Below are positions 9,857 through 20,625 of a stretch of DNA of 64,000 bases, in pieces. The position numbers were made by a program, and so were the translations under genes. Source of the stretch: an uncultured Planctomycetaceae bacterium (GTDB taxonomy: Bacteria > Planctomycetota > Planctomycetia > Planctomycetales > Planctomycetaceae); assembly GCA_963815195.1 (NCBI GenBank), contig CAWFGE010000010.1, positions 128,001 through 192,000 on the forward strand, in the 5' to 3' direction. The stretch's first letter is position 1; every line of letters begins with the position of its first letter. The notes below the pieces were generated by a model. The model did not search any database and had not been told where the DNA came from. It saw only the letters and a list, made by a program, of their open reading frames with translations.

Positions 9857-9931
9857 ATGCGTGTCATTCAATCGAGCCTATTGATCTGCTGCCTGCTCAG
9901 CGGCTGTAGCAATCAAAAAACAGAGCCTTAA
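9857..9931 (+). CDS. Putative 24-aa mini-lipoprotein or lipoprotein remnant
   Basis: SD AAGGAG at 9845-9850; translates MRVIQSSLLICCLLSGCSNQKTEP*, with lipobox LSG/C. Confidence 0.4.
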   Translation: MRVIQSSLLICCLLSGCSNQKTEP

Positions 9932-10195
9932 CAACCCGACGAGGCGAACTTCCTGAAACCCCCGAGCATTTTAAATCTTCCAGATCTTGATGATTGGCCG
10001 AAAAGAGGCTGCATTTTTGGCCCCTATCTGGGCGACATCTCCGACAACGTGGACTATTGGCGCACTCGATATCGCCAAGCAACCGATGAGCACTTTCCTT
10101 TCAGTGGTCCTTTTTAGACTGGGACGTTTTGAAATAAGCCACCACCCTTCCCGCGACGGCACATCCCGCACCGTGCCCGACGGAGGACCCAGAGC

Positions 10196-13100
10196 ATGAA
10201 GATCACCGACATTCAAATCGAACGCTACGGCGTCTGGAAGCATTTGGCCTTACCCTTGCGGAGTGAGGGTCTGAATGTGTTTTACGGGCCGAACGAAGCC
10301 GGCAAGACGACGCTCTTGCGGTTCATTCGCGATGTGCTTTACGGTCATAAGGCAGGCGACCGCGAAGGTCCGCGCGAGCACGCCGTCTTCGATTGGGACG
10401 GTTCGCTCGGGATCTCCGCGGGCGAGCGGTTTTGCAAAGTCCGCCGCTGGTGTAATCCGGAGGGATCGGGCGGGATCGAGTTTCAAGAAATCGATCCGCG
10501 TTTGGCGCGGAGCACCGAACCCGATTGGAGGCTGTCCGGCTCTTCGAGTCTCCATTCGTTATTTCGCGAAGGGCCGGCTGCGGAAGCGGCGCTCCACGCG
10601 ATCTTGCCGCCTGCTGATGCCCGGCTGTTTCGGCACGTGTTTGCGATCGGACTCCGGGAACTGCAAGTGCTCGCCACGCTGCACGATGAGGAAGTCGCCC
10701 GCGAAATCTACAGCTTGTCTCTGGGAGCGGAAGGCCGCAAGCTCCTCGAAGTCTGCGAACAACTCGATCACGCCGGCGGGTTCTCGCCAAAACAGATCGA
10801 ACAGATCGCGAATGGCATGAAGCGGGATGCGGAACTCCAGCGCGAGTTGGAATCCTTCACCGCTCGCCGCGAACGCCATCACGAGTTGTCGCAGCAAAAA
10901 CTTGAACTGGAAATTGCGCTCGAGGAACTTTGCATCCGGGAACGTCCATTAAAACAGCAACACAGCGGCCACGAAACGCTCAAACGCGTGTGGGAGCCTT
11001 GGTGCCAGGTCCGCGAATACGAAGCCCAGTTGAAGATCCTGCCCCCGGCGGCGCTGGTGGCGGGACTCGATCCCCGGCGGCTCGGCGAATTGGAAAACGA
11101 GATTCGCGAACTCCGCCGGCAGAAGAAAGGCCTCGTCGCGGAAATCCGCCAACTCCGCGAGCAACAAAACTCCGCGGGAAATTCGACCGACTCCCGCGAA
11201 CTCGCTGCCGAGATGCGCGGCTTTCTCCACCAGCGGGATTGGGCGGCGAAGATCGAACGCGAAGTGGAAACCGCCAACGCCCGCGACCGCGAGCTCAAAA
11301 CCGAATTTGAAGCCCGGCAGCAGGCGCTCGGTCCCGATTGGCCCGTGCATCGGCTCTCGGCGATCGACACCAGCCAGGCGGCTTACATCCGCCTCGTCGA
11401 TGCCGCCAAGACTTTTCAAATCGCCCAACGCCGGCAATCCTCGCTCCGCAAACGCTATGAAAAATTCGCCGACGCCTGCCATCAACGGCAAGCCGAATGG
11501 GAAGAGCAGATCGAGGACCTGCCGGAAGGTTCCCTCGAAGACGCCTTGGACAACACCCGGCAGCAACTCGCCGCCGCCGAGGAACTTGCCGGGCTGAAAC
11601 GCGAAGCCCGGGAACTCGAACGCCGCCTCGCCGATGAAACCCGCGAACTTGACCGGGCGGAAAACGAATCCCAGATGCCGCGGTGGGTGCCGGGCTTTCT
11701 GTTGTTTCTCGCCGGCAGCGGACTGGTTCTGTCCGCGCTCGGGTTTTACACCGGGCTGACGAGCAACGGCATCGCGGGGGCGATTCTGGGACTGGTCGGC
11801 ATCGCGGGCTTTGCCATCGCGCGGGCCTTCAAACTCCACGCCGAGGCCGGGGCGGAACAGGCGGATTCCGAAGAGCAAACCGCGGCCCGCGACAGAGAAG
11901 CCAGGCTCCATAAAATTCGCGATTCGATCGAGAGTCTCAGCCCGGAAGCTTGGGCCGCTTCCATCCGCGAAGACGAACGGACGGACGATTCGGCGGAGAC
12001 AATCATCGAGGGGAAACTGTCGGAACGGCTGACGGAACTCGGCCGGCTTCTAAATCGCCACCGGCGGCTGCGGGCCCGCAAACGCCGGCTCAGCCGGATG
12101 CGGAAGGCGATGCAAACCCGCCAACGCGAAACGTCCCACGCCCGGCAAACGTGGTGCCAGGTGCTGGGGCAATGCGGGCTCGACGAAACGGTGCAGACCG
12201 AGGAAGCCGTCGAACTCTGGCAAAAGATCGCCGAGGCCAAAGAGCAACTGCGGGCCTGGGATGCGGCCCGCGATGCCGCCGGCGACGCGATGGAGCGCTA
12301 CGAATCCTTCTGCCACCGCATGGCGGACCTGGGCCAGCGCACAGGCCATCAAAATTTGGATTACAACCAGCCGCTGGCCGTGCTCGACGTGTGGGAAGAG
12401 GCCGTGGAAACCTGCGGCGCGGACAACGAAGAACGCGCGACATTGAATCGCGAGAAACAAGGCCGCCGGCGGGAACTTCGCCGGCTCGAAAAACAAATCG
12501 TGAAGGCCCGTTTGGCGCGCGTGGCGTTGTTGGCGCGGGCGGGAGCCAGGAACCGCAAGGAATTTGAACAGCAGCTCGAAGCCGCCGGCCGCCGGCAGGA
12601 ATTGGAAGAGCTTTTGGAACTCGCGCGGGAGGAACTGGCCGCCGTCAGCCAGGCGGATCCCGCACTCGCGATTGTCGAGGAGGACCTCATCGGATTCGAT
12701 GCCGAGCAGAACCAGGAAGCCGTCGACCTCATCCACATGGAACTCGACGATCTGGAAACCGAACGGGCGGAAACATCGCATCGGCTGGAATCGATCGTGG
12801 AGGAACTCGCGGCGCTCGAATCCGACCGGAGGCCCGCCGCGCTTCGAGCTGAGCGCGAAGACATCGCCGAAGAGCTTCGGCAGTGTCTCGTGCAGCATGC
12901 CGCGATGAAACTCGCAAGCCAAACCGCCCGAGCCATTCGCGGCGAGTTCGAACGCACCTGCCAACCGGAACTTCTCAACGTCGCCTCCGGTTATCTGGCC
13001 CAACTCACCTGCGGCAGGTATGGGAGAGTTTGGACGAAGTTGGGCCAGCAGCGATTGCTGGTGACGAAGGACGACCGGCAGCCATTATCCGTGGAAGAAC

Positions 13101-13393
13101 TCAGCACGGGCACGCGGGAGCAACTCTTTTTAGCCCTGCGTCTGGGGCTGGTCCACGAGTTTGCCCAGCGGGGAATCCGCCTGCCGATGGTGCTCGATGA
13201 TGTTTTGGTCAACTTCGATCAGCACCGCACCGAAGCCGCAGTGGAGACGTTGATCGAGTTTGCCGAGCGCGGCCATCAGGTGCTCTTATTGACCAGTCAT
13301 CTGCACGTGGCCCGTTTCGCGGAAAGCCGGGGCATCGACCCCGTCTGGCTCCCCAATTACCACGCCCCTCTGGAACACCGCCGGGCGGGGTAG
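10196..13393 (+). CDS. YhaN-like SMC/Rad50-family ATPase with central transmembrane hairpin
   Basis: Walker A GPNEAGKTT; long coiled coils; two TM segments (~11680-11830); signature LSTGTREQ; Walker B/D-loop PMVLDDVLVNFD; H-switch LTSH. Confidence 0.88.
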   Translation: MKITDIQIERYGVWKHLALPLRSEGLNVFYGPNEAGKTTLLRFIRDVLYGHKAGDREGPREHAVFDWDGSLGISAGERFCKVRRWCNPEGSGGIEFQEIDPRLARSTEPDWRLSGSSSLHSLFREGPAAEAALHAILPPADARLFRHVFAIGLRELQVLATLHDEEVAREIYSLSLGAEGRKLLEVCEQLDHAGGFSPKQIEQIANGMKRDAELQRELESFTARRERHHELSQQKLELEIALEELCIRERPLKQQHSGHETLKRVWEPWCQVREYEAQLKILPPAALVAGLDPRRLGELENEIRELRRQKKGLVAEIRQLREQQNSAGNSTDSRELAAEMRGFLHQRDWAAKIEREVETANARDRELKTEFEARQQALGPDWPVHRLSAIDTSQAAYIRLVDAAKTFQIAQRRQSSLRKRYEKFADACHQRQAEWEEQIEDLPEGSLEDALDNTRQQLAAAEELAGLKREARELERRLADETRELDRAENESQMPRWVPGFLLFLAGSGLVLSALGFYTGLTSNGIAGAILGLVGIAGFAIARAFKLHAEAGAEQADSEEQTAARDREARLHKIRDSIESLSPEAWAASIREDERTDDSAETIIEGKLSERLTELGRLLNRHRRLRARKRRLSRMRKAMQTRQRETSHARQTWCQVLGQCGLDETVQTEEAVELWQKIAEAKEQLRAWDAARDAAGDAMERYESFCHRMADLGQRTGHQNLDYNQPLAVLDVWEEAVETCGADNEERATLNREKQGRRRELRRLEKQIVKARLARVALLARAGARNRKEFEQQLEAAGRRQELEELLELAREELAAVSQADPALAIVEEDLIGFDAEQNQEAVDLIHMELDDLETERAETSHRLESIVEELAALESDRRPAALRAEREDIAEELRQCLVQHAAMKLASQTARAIRGEFERTCQPELLNVASGYLAQLTCGRYGRVWTKLGQQRLLVTKDDRQPLSVEELSTGTREQLFLALRLGLVHEFAQRGIRLPMVLDDVLVNFDQHRTEAAVETLIEFAERGHQVLLLTSHLHVARFAESRGIDPVWLPNYHAPLEHRRAG

Positions 13394-13410
13394 CGCCCCG
13401 TGGAATCCCG

Positions 13411-14283
13411 TCAATTCTCGTCAAAGGCTCCGCCGACGATTTCCCAAACCGCATCGGCAAATTGTTGCTGGCCCGATTGCGAGAGATGAATCGAATCGAG
13501 CGTGGACTGATCCTGGGCGAGGATCCGCATGAATATCCGCTTGGGAATCAATTTGACGTTGTATTCGCGGGCTAACTCCCGCTGAATTCGCCCGTAGGAA
13601 TTGAAAAACGGCGGCAGGGGCAATTCCATCATCACGATCTGCCCGCGATGGGACGACAGGGCTTCAAAGAGTTCTTTCAAGTCCTCGCGAAACTTTTCCG
13701 GCGATGTCGAACCCAAGACATCATTCCCGCCGATCTCCAAAAACACCAGCCCCTCGGGAATGTCCTGTTGCCGAACTTGCTGCACCGCGGTGGAAACGGT
13801 CGCTCCAATTTTTGCGTAATCCTGAATGGTGATCGATCGGGTTCGCTCGAGAATCTGCGGCCAGGTTTCGACGGCGTCATCCCCGAGCCCCGCCGTGACG
13901 GAATCGCCGAAAACGATGACCGTTTTGGACGGTTCTGTTTCGATTGCCGGCAAAAGATGATGGGGAATTTCCAAAATCACGCCGAACAAAACGGCGGCAG
14001 GCAAGGCAATCCGGACGGCGAGGTTCCAATTCGGATACTTCAGTTGCCAACGTGTTGAACCCAGCCAGACGATCGTGACCAGCCCTGCAGGGATGTAATA
14101 CCAAAGTGAAAGCGGTGTGGAGGAAACGGCAATAAAGATCACGCCCACAATGCAAAGAAGAGAGGCCAACCGCCTGACCCACGACCGCCGGCTGAAAACG
14201 AAAACCGAGGCCGCCAGCAACATCGCCGATCCGCTGAAGAAGGCCTGCCCGCTCGCGATGTGATAGATCAGCCAATTCATCAT
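13411..14283 (-). CDS. Membrane-anchored SGNH/GDSL acylhydrolase (TesA-like)
   Basis: N-terminal TM helices; FGDSVTAG, GGND, DSIH blocks. Confidence 0.85.
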   Translation of the reverse strand: MMNWLIYHIASGQAFFSGSAMLLAASVFVFSRRSWVRRLASLLCIVGVIFIAVSSTPLSLWYYIPAGLVTIVWLGSTRWQLKYPNWNLAVRIALPAAVLFGVILEIPHHLLPAIETEPSKTVIVFGDSVTAGLGDDAVETWPQILERTRSITIQDYAKIGATVSTAVQQVRQQDIPEGLVFLEIGGNDVLGSTSPEKFREDLKELFEALSSHRGQIVMMELPLPPFFNSYGRIQRELAREYNVKLIPKRIFMRILAQDQSTLDSIHLSQSGQQQFADAVWEIVGGAFDEN

Positions 14284-14312
14284 GCGTCCGGATTCAGTTC
14301 GTGGCGATTGAT

Positions 14313-15764
14313 CTAAGCGATGATGTCCTCGACGACCTTGCCGTGCACGTCGGTCAGGCGGAATTGCCGGCCTTGGTAGCGGAACGTCAGGCGTTCGTGA
14401 TTGAGGCCCATCAGGTGCAAAATCGTGGCATTAAAATCGTGGACGTGGACCGGGTTTTCTGCGATGGAATAGCCCAAATCGTCGGTGGCTCCGTAGGAAT
14501 AGCCGCCCTTTACGCCGCCGCCCGCCATCCACACGGTGAAGGCGTCTTTGTGATGATCCCGGCCGGCGGAGGTCATTTTGCCTTGGCCGTTTTTGCCCTG
14601 GGCCATCGGGGTGCGGCCGAACTCCGCCGACCAGACCACGAGCGTGTCTTTGAGCAGCCCCCGCTCTTTCAAATCCTTGATGAGAGCCGCGATCGGTTGA
14701 TCGACCTGCTTGCACTTCTTGGGCAGGCTGCCGAACACGTTGCCGTGCATGTCCCAACCCTGGTCGAACAACTGCACGAACCGCACGCCGCGCTCGACCA
14801 TCCGCCGGGCCAAAAGACAATTGTTGGCGAAGCTCGTTTTGCCGGGCTGGGTGCCGTACATCTTGTGAATGTGCTCGGGCTCGTCGTCGATTTTCATCAA
14901 TTCCGGCACCGAGGTTTGCATGCGGTAGGCCATTTCGTACTGGCTGATTCGCGTGGCGATTTCGGGATCGCCCACGTCCGCGAGGGCCACGGAATTGAGC
15001 TTGTTGACCGAATCCACAATGCGCCGCCGGGACGCTTCATCGACGCCTTTGGGGTTCGAGAGAAACAGCACGGGATCGCCTTGGCTGCGAAATTCGATGC
15101 CCTGGTAAACCGTCGGCAGGAACCCGCTGCCCCATGCCGAGTTGCCCGCCCCCAACACCTGGCCGGTGATCAGGACGACAAAGCCCGGCAGGTTTTGGTT
15201 CTCGCTGCCTAAGCCGTAGTTCAGCCAGGACCCGATGCTCGGCCGCCCGAACCGCCCGAAGCCGGTGAGCATGAAGAGCTGCGCCGGGCCGTGGTTGAAC
15301 TCGTCGGTGTGCAGCGACTTGATGAGGCAGATGTCGTCGGCGACTTTTTGCAATTGGGGCATCAAGTTCGAGACCATCGTCCCCGACTCGCCGCATGGGG
15401 CGAACTGGAATTCCGGTTTGTCCGGCGTGCCGAGCATCGTGGGCCGCGAGCGGATGAACGCGAACTTCTTGCCCTCGAAGAGTTCCTCCGGGCAAAGCTC
15501 GCCGTTGTGCTCTTGGAGCTTGGGTTTGAAGTCGTAAAGATCCAGATGCGACGGCGCGCCGACCAGGTGGATATAGATGATGTTCTTCGCCCGCGGCGGG
15601 AAATGCGGCTTCCGCGGCGCCAAGGGGTTCTCCGATTTGGGATCGGCAAACACGCGGTCCTCGTTGAGCAGCGACGCCAGCGCATAACCGCCGACGCCCA
15701 GGCCGACGGTTTGAAACAATTGCCGACGGGATTGGTTGAGAGAGACAGAGTTGTCGCGGGTCAT
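14313..15764 (-). CDS. DUF1501 family protein (Tat-type signal)
   Basis: [61 protein letters not shown]. Confidence 0.9.
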   Translation of the reverse strand: MTRDNSVSLNQSRRQLFQTVGLGVGGYALASLLNEDRVFADPKSENPLAPRKPHFPPRAKNIIYIHLVGAPSHLDLYDFKPKLQEHNGELCPEELFEGKKFAFIRSRPTMLGTPDKPEFQFAPCGESGTMVSNLMPQLQKVADDICLIKSLHTDEFNHGPAQLFMLTGFGRFGRPSIGSWLNYGLGSENQNLPGFVVLITGQVLGAGNSAWGSGFLPTVYQGIEFRSQGDPVLFLSNPKGVDEASRRRIVDSVNKLNSVALADVGDPEIATRISQYEMAYRMQTSVPELMKIDDEPEHIHKMYGTQPGKTSFANNCLLARRMVERGVRFVQLFDQGWDMHGNVFGSLPKKCKQVDQPIAALIKDLKERGLLKDTLVVWSAEFGRTPMAQGKNGQGKMTSAGRDHHKDAFTVWMAGGGVKGGYSYGATDDLGYSIAENPVHVHDFNATILHLMGLNHERLTFRYQGRQFRLTDVHGKVVEDIIA

Positions 15765-15858
15765 GTTTTTATTTCCTGTGAGCTGACGTGGTTCATCAGG
15801 CCGACTTGCTTTGCACCATTGGGGCAGGTTGTCTTACATCCTCAAACTGAAAGCGTTT

Positions 15859-16000
15859 GGGTGGCTGGGGCGCAAATCGCCCTTTGAATAGGGCTTGAAT
15901 CGCGAATGCTGGGGCTGTTACCGGGAGAGAAAAACCTGACACGGCCCCAGGCCTCAAATCGCCTTTTTCCTCGGAAGATTCCTTTGCGCCCCAGCCACCC
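15859..16000. mobile_element. ~142-bp non-autonomous inverted-repeat element (MITE/REP-like), copy 1
   Basis: Perfect 18-bp terminal IR GGGTGGCTGGGGCGCAAA / TTTGCGCCCCAGCCACCC; inner stem CTGGGGCTGT...ACGGCCCCAG; second copy at 35372-35512. Confidence 0.8.
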
Positions 16001-16099
16001 CTCCGCGGAAGAATCAGCCAGCGAGCCAGGTTGATCGGGGTGGGACATCGTAAAGGTTCCTGAAGGAACGACAGGTGCCAAGTCGTTCGGGCGACTGTT

Positions 16100-19000
16100 T
16101 TAAAGCGATACGGTTTCGTCCAAATTCAATAACACGTTCGCGACGGCGAACCAGCTCGCAACTTCGACCGCGTCGAGTTTGGCTTCCTGCAATCGCGGCA
16201 GCAGGTTGCCGAGCCGGGCCTCGGCGAGTTTGGGGTTCTCTTTGAGCTTCGCGCGTTCCGATTCGTAAAGCTCTTTGAGGATTCCAAGTTCCTCCGGCTT
16301 GGGTTTCCGCGCGACGCATAACCGGAAGCCATATTCCAGGCGGGATTCCAAGCTGGAATCTTTGGATTGCGTCAACATGCGCTGGGCGAGAGCCAACGCC
16401 ATCTCGGCATACGCCGGGTCGTTCAACAAGGTCAGGGCTTGGAGCGGTGTGTTGGTCCGCGGACGCTGCACGGTGCACGCGGCCCGGTCGGGGGCGTCGA
16501 AGTTCACAAAGCTCGGATAAGGGGCCCCGCGCTTCCAGACAATATACACGCCCCGGCGGAAGCGGTTTTCGTCCGTCGCGGTTTTCCAGGTGGGCTGGTT
16601 CCGGCCCACGGCCCGCCAGATGCCGTCCGGCTGATAAGGCATGATCGGCGGCCCGTGCATCTTCGGGGAAAGCAGTCCCGCAATCGCCAGGGAGTTGTCG
16701 CGAATGGTCTCCGCGGAGAGCCGAAATCTCGGCCCCCGCGCGAGCAGCCGATTTTGCGGATCGCGTTGTTCCAATTCGCTCGTGACTTTGGCCGACTGCC
16801 GGAATGTCCTCGACATCACGATTTGCTTGTGAATGTGCTTCATCGACCAGCCGGATTCGACAAACTCCACCGCGAGCCAATCCAAGAGCTGTGGGTGCGT
16901 CGGGAACTCGGATTGCGTCCCAAAGTCCTCCTCGGTGCTCACAATCCCCTGCCCGAACAGCTCGGCCCACCAGCGATTGACCGTCACGCGGGCCGTGAGC
17001 GGATTCGCCGGATCGACCAGCCAGCGGGCCAGCCCCAAGCGGTTCTTGGGAAGTTGGGGATCGAACGGATTCAAAGACGCCGGCGTCCCCGGTTCGACTT
17101 CTTCGCCGGGATCGAGATAATTCCCGCGATGAAAAACGTGCGTCTCCCGCGTCGCGTCCATCTCGACCATCACCAGCGTTTCGTCGGGCTTCACCTGCTC
17201 CAACTGTTTCTTGATCTGAGCAATGCGGTCTTCGAGCTTTTTGAGTTCGGGGTTCGATTCCGCGAAAAAGTTTTCCAAGCGGGTTTGCTCTTTGCGATTC
17301 CGCTTGGGCTTCTGGAGCAGCTTGACGACATCTTCCGGCAACTCGGCGGTGAGTTCATCGCCGGTGAGGAGCGAAAGCCGCACCCGGCCGATCGTCCGGC
17401 CCCGGCCGTAGTTTTGATCCAGCGTGATCTCGAGCGTCTCATCTTGGGAAATCTCCACCGGCTGCCGGGTGCGGAAGGTCGCCCAATGCGGCTTGTGGAA
17501 CTCCGGCCCAATCGCCCAGCCGGTTTTGCGGTCGCCGTCGATGGCTTTGGCGACGTGCCATTTCTGCTGCGAAAAATCGGCCTGGGCCGAGGCGAGCGGG
17601 ATGCCTTTCGCGCCTTCCGATCCTCGCCCAACCTCCGCCGTGAATTCGCTCAAGATAAAATTCGCGCGCTCGGCGTCGCCCCGCCCGGGACCTTTGCCGG
17701 GAAGCGATTCGTCCGTCAGTGTTTCGAGCTTGAAGCCAATCACATCCTTAAGCGGACCGGGAATGCGAATCTGGTAACTCGTGGTGCTCGGCAGCGAGCC
17801 GCCGATGAGCACCGAACCGTCTTCGAGCAGCGAAAACTCCTCACCGCCCGTGGTGGAAAACTGCTTGAGCGGCGCGACCGTCCACTCGGCGGGATGCGCT
17901 TTGAGGGCGGAAAGCGTTTTCTGCTCCCACTCGGCAAACTTCGCCGCCTGCCCTGTTTGGGCCTCGGACAACTTGCCTTCCCAGGCGGCCAGTTCGGTTT
18001 CGAGCGCTTGCCGCTTTTCCAATTTGCCGGGCGGAAGCGGCAAGGGCATGGTCGGGCCGACGAAATCAAACTGCACGCCGGAATCCTGCTTCACCTCCAA
18101 GGGCGTGTTGTTGAAATACGCAAACAGCCGGTAATAATCCTTCTGCGTGAAGGGATCGTATTTGTGGTCGTGGCATTGGCAGCATTCGATCGTCGTGCCC
18201 AGAAACACCGTGCCCGTCGTATTCACCCGGTCGAGCACCTGGTTGACGCGGTTGGCTTCCGGATGCACGCCCGCTTCCACGTTGCACGTCGGCGTGCGGT
18301 GAAAGCCCGTGGCGATTTTTTGATCGAGCGTCGCATTCGGCAGCAAATCGCCCGCAAGCTGCTCGATCGCAAATTGGTCGAACGGCTGATTTTTATTGAA
18401 TGCATCGATCACCCAATCCCGGTAGGCCCAACTGTCCCGCAACTGGTCGGCTTGAAATCCGTTGGAATCCGCATACCGGGCCAGATCGAGCCAATGCTGC
18501 GCCCAGTGTTCGCCGTAGCGCTTGGACGCGAGCAGGCGGTCCACGAGTTTTTCATAAGCGTCGGGCGAATCGTCCTTGACGAAGGCGTCCACTTCCGCGG
18601 GCGTCGGCGGCAAGCCGATGAGGGCCAGCGAAACCCGCCGAATCTGCCGGGCGCGATCGGCCGGCGACGAAGGTGACGATCCTTCTCGCTCCAGCCGCGC
18701 CAGCACGAAATAATCGATGGCGTTTTGCGGCCAGGCTTTGTTTTGCACCTGCGGGAGTTCCGGCCGCTTTGGTTTGATGTAAGCCCAATGCCGGTCCTCC
18801 GCCACCGCGTCCGGCCACTGGGCCCCGGCTTCGATCCAGCGCCGAATGACGCCGACCTCTGCCGCGGACAACGGCTCCGAATCCAAAGGCATCACATCGC
18901 CATACGCTTCGTCCGTGAGCCGTTTGAGCAGCAAGCTCTTGTCAGGTTGACCGGGCGTGACGATGGGCTCATCCGAATCGCCCGGGCCCAGCGCTTCCTT

Positions 19001-19201
19001 GCGGTGCGACAACCGAAAACCGCCCTCGGCTTTCGCTTGCCCGTGGCAGCGGTAGCAATGCCGGCGAAACAGCGGCTGCACATCCCTTTGAAAATCGACC
19101 TTCGGGATGGATGCGGCCGGGGATTCCGCAAGAAGTCCAACGGGAACCGTCGTGCCGAGAAATGTGCAGCACAGCCAAAAAAATTGCGTGAACCGCCACA
19201 T
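16100..19201 (-). CDS. Planctomycete cytochrome c + DUF1549 + DUF1553 protein
   Basis: Signal peptide; heme motifs CYRCH and CCQCHDHK; WLDLARYADS; NPLTARVTVNRWW; PTHPQLLDWLA; TNTPLQAL. Confidence 0.9.
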   Translation of the reverse strand: MWRFTQFFWLCCTFLGTTVPVGLLAESPAASIPKVDFQRDVQPLFRRHCYRCHGQAKAEGGFRLSHRKEALGPGDSDEPIVTPGQPDKSLLLKRLTDEAYGDVMPLDSEPLSAAEVGVIRRWIEAGAQWPDAVAEDRHWAYIKPKRPELPQVQNKAWPQNAIDYFVLARLEREGSSPSSPADRARQIRRVSLALIGLPPTPAEVDAFVKDDSPDAYEKLVDRLLASKRYGEHWAQHWLDLARYADSNGFQADQLRDSWAYRDWVIDAFNKNQPFDQFAIEQLAGDLLPNATLDQKIATGFHRTPTCNVEAGVHPEANRVNQVLDRVNTTGTVFLGTTIECCQCHDHKYDPFTQKDYYRLFAYFNNTPLEVKQDSGVQFDFVGPTMPLPLPPGKLEKRQALETELAAWEGKLSEAQTGQAAKFAEWEQKTLSALKAHPAEWTVAPLKQFSTTGGEEFSLLEDGSVLIGGSLPSTTSYQIRIPGPLKDVIGFKLETLTDESLPGKGPGRGDAERANFILSEFTAEVGRGSEGAKGIPLASAQADFSQQKWHVAKAIDGDRKTGWAIGPEFHKPHWATFRTRQPVEISQDETLEITLDQNYGRGRTIGRVRLSLLTGDELTAELPEDVVKLLQKPKRNRKEQTRLENFFAESNPELKKLEDRIAQIKKQLEQVKPDETLVMVEMDATRETHVFHRGNYLDPGEEVEPGTPASLNPFDPQLPKNRLGLARWLVDPANPLTARVTVNRWWAELFGQGIVSTEEDFGTQSEFPTHPQLLDWLAVEFVESGWSMKHIHKQIVMSRTFRQSAKVTSELEQRDPQNRLLARGPRFRLSAETIRDNSLAIAGLLSPKMHGPPIMPYQPDGIWRAVGRNQPTWKTATDENRFRRGVYIVWKRGAPYPSFVNFDAPDRAACTVQRPRTNTPLQALTLLNDPAYAEMALALAQRMLTQSKDSSLESRLEYGFRLCVARKPKPEELGILKELYESERAKLKENPKLAEARLGNLLPRLQEAKLDAVEVASWFAVANVLLNLDETVSL

Positions 19202-19422
19202 CAGACAAAATCCTCGTTCATGTTCGCGGATTGGCTCAAATTGCCGCGGTTTACCAGTTTGGAGGATAACCGCGCGGAGGCAAAGCCTAAGTTTTCACGA
19301 TTTCAGAATACCATAGCCACGCCGCCGGGAACAATCGCACGGCTGAATCGCCCGCATCGGCATGATATGATGGCCGCCACCTTGCCCTCGGTTTTTTCCT
19401 CGCGACGATCCAGGACGATCTC

Positions 19423-20616
19423 ATGGCCGACTTTTTTGAGCGCAGCTTAATCATCCACGAGCAACTTCGCGGGAAGATTGGCATTCACAACAAAATGCCG
19501 GTCCTCAACCGGGACGACCTTTCGCTCGCGTATACCCCCGGCGTCGCCCGCCCCTGCGAGATCATCGCCGAGTCTCCCGAACGGGCTCGCGATTTGACCA
19601 TCAAACGAAACTCTGTCGCCGTGGTCAGCGACGGCTCGGCAGTGCTCGGGCTGGGGAACATCGGCCCGCTGGCGGCGATTCCCGTCATGGAAGGCAAAGC
19701 CCTGTTGTTCAAGGAGTTCGCCAACATCGACGCCTGGCCGATCTGCCTGGATGTGCCCGCCGAGGACGACGAGCAATCCATCGCGGAGATTGTGACCACC
19801 GTCCGCCGCATCGCTCCGGTGTTCGGAGGCATCAACCTGGAAGACATTTCCGCCCCCAGGTGTTTCGCCATTGAAGACCAACTGCAGGATTTGGGCATTC
19901 CCGTATTTCACGACGACCAGCACGGCACCGCGATCGTGCTCCTGGCCGCGATCATCAATGCCGCGAAAATCCAAGGCCGGGAACTGACGGACCTTCGCGT
20001 GGTGATCAACGGAGCCGGAGCCGCGGGATCGGCGATCGCCAAACTGCTCCGCTGCGTCGGCCATCAGCCCGATGTCTGCATTCCCGTCAAAGACATCGTG
20101 CTTTGCGATTCGCGCGGCGCGATTCACCGCGACCGCGGCGACCTCTCCGCCGCCAAGCGGGAACTGCTCGCCTGGACCAACCGCGAGAACCGCCAGGGCA
20201 CACTGAAAGAAGTTCTCGCCGGCGCGGACGTGTTCATCGGCGTGAGCAAGGGAAATCTTTTGAACGGCGACGACATTCGCCGGATGGCAAAGGATCCGAT
20301 CATCCTCGCGATGGCCAATCCCATCCCGGAAATCATGCCCGACGAAGCCATCGACGCCGGAGCCGCCATCGTGGGGACGGGCCGCAGCGATTTTCCCAAC
20401 CAGGTGAATAACGTGCTGGTGTTTCCGGGAATTTTTCGCGGAGCGCTCGATGCCGGTGCCCCGCGAATCACCGAGACCATGAAGATCACCGCAGCCCGGG
20501 CATTGGCTTCCGCGATTGACAATCCCGATCGCGAGCACATCCTGCCGGACCCGCTCGATCACGCCGTCGCCCCCAAAATCGCCGCCGCCGTCGCCGAAGC
20601 CGCTCGGGAAGAATAG
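19423..20616 (+). CDS. NAD(P)-dependent malic enzyme (short form)
   Basis: LSLAYTPGVA, DGSAVLGLGNIGP, PVMEGK, INLEDI, FHDDQHGT, GAGAAG, ANPIPEI, TGRSDFPNQVNN. Confidence 0.93.
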   Translation: MADFFERSLIIHEQLRGKIGIHNKMPVLNRDDLSLAYTPGVARPCEIIAESPERARDLTIKRNSVAVVSDGSAVLGLGNIGPLAAIPVMEGKALLFKEFANIDAWPICLDVPAEDDEQSIAEIVTTVRRIAPVFGGINLEDISAPRCFAIEDQLQDLGIPVFHDDQHGTAIVLLAAIINAAKIQGRELTDLRVVINGAGAAGSAIAKLLRCVGHQPDVCIPVKDIVLCDSRGAIHRDRGDLSAAKRELLAWTNRENRQGTLKEVLAGADVFIGVSKGNLLNGDDIRRMAKDPIILAMANPIPEIMPDEAIDAGAAIVGTGRSDFPNQVNNVLVFPGIFRGALDAGAPRITETMKITAARALASAIDNPDREHILPDPLDHAVAPKIAAAVAEAAREE

Positions 20617-20625
20617 CCGATCGGC

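Noticed and set aside
15765..16099. Target-site duplication around element copy 1
   Set aside because: Only a 6-bp AAAGCG match to the gene end; not distinguishable from chance.
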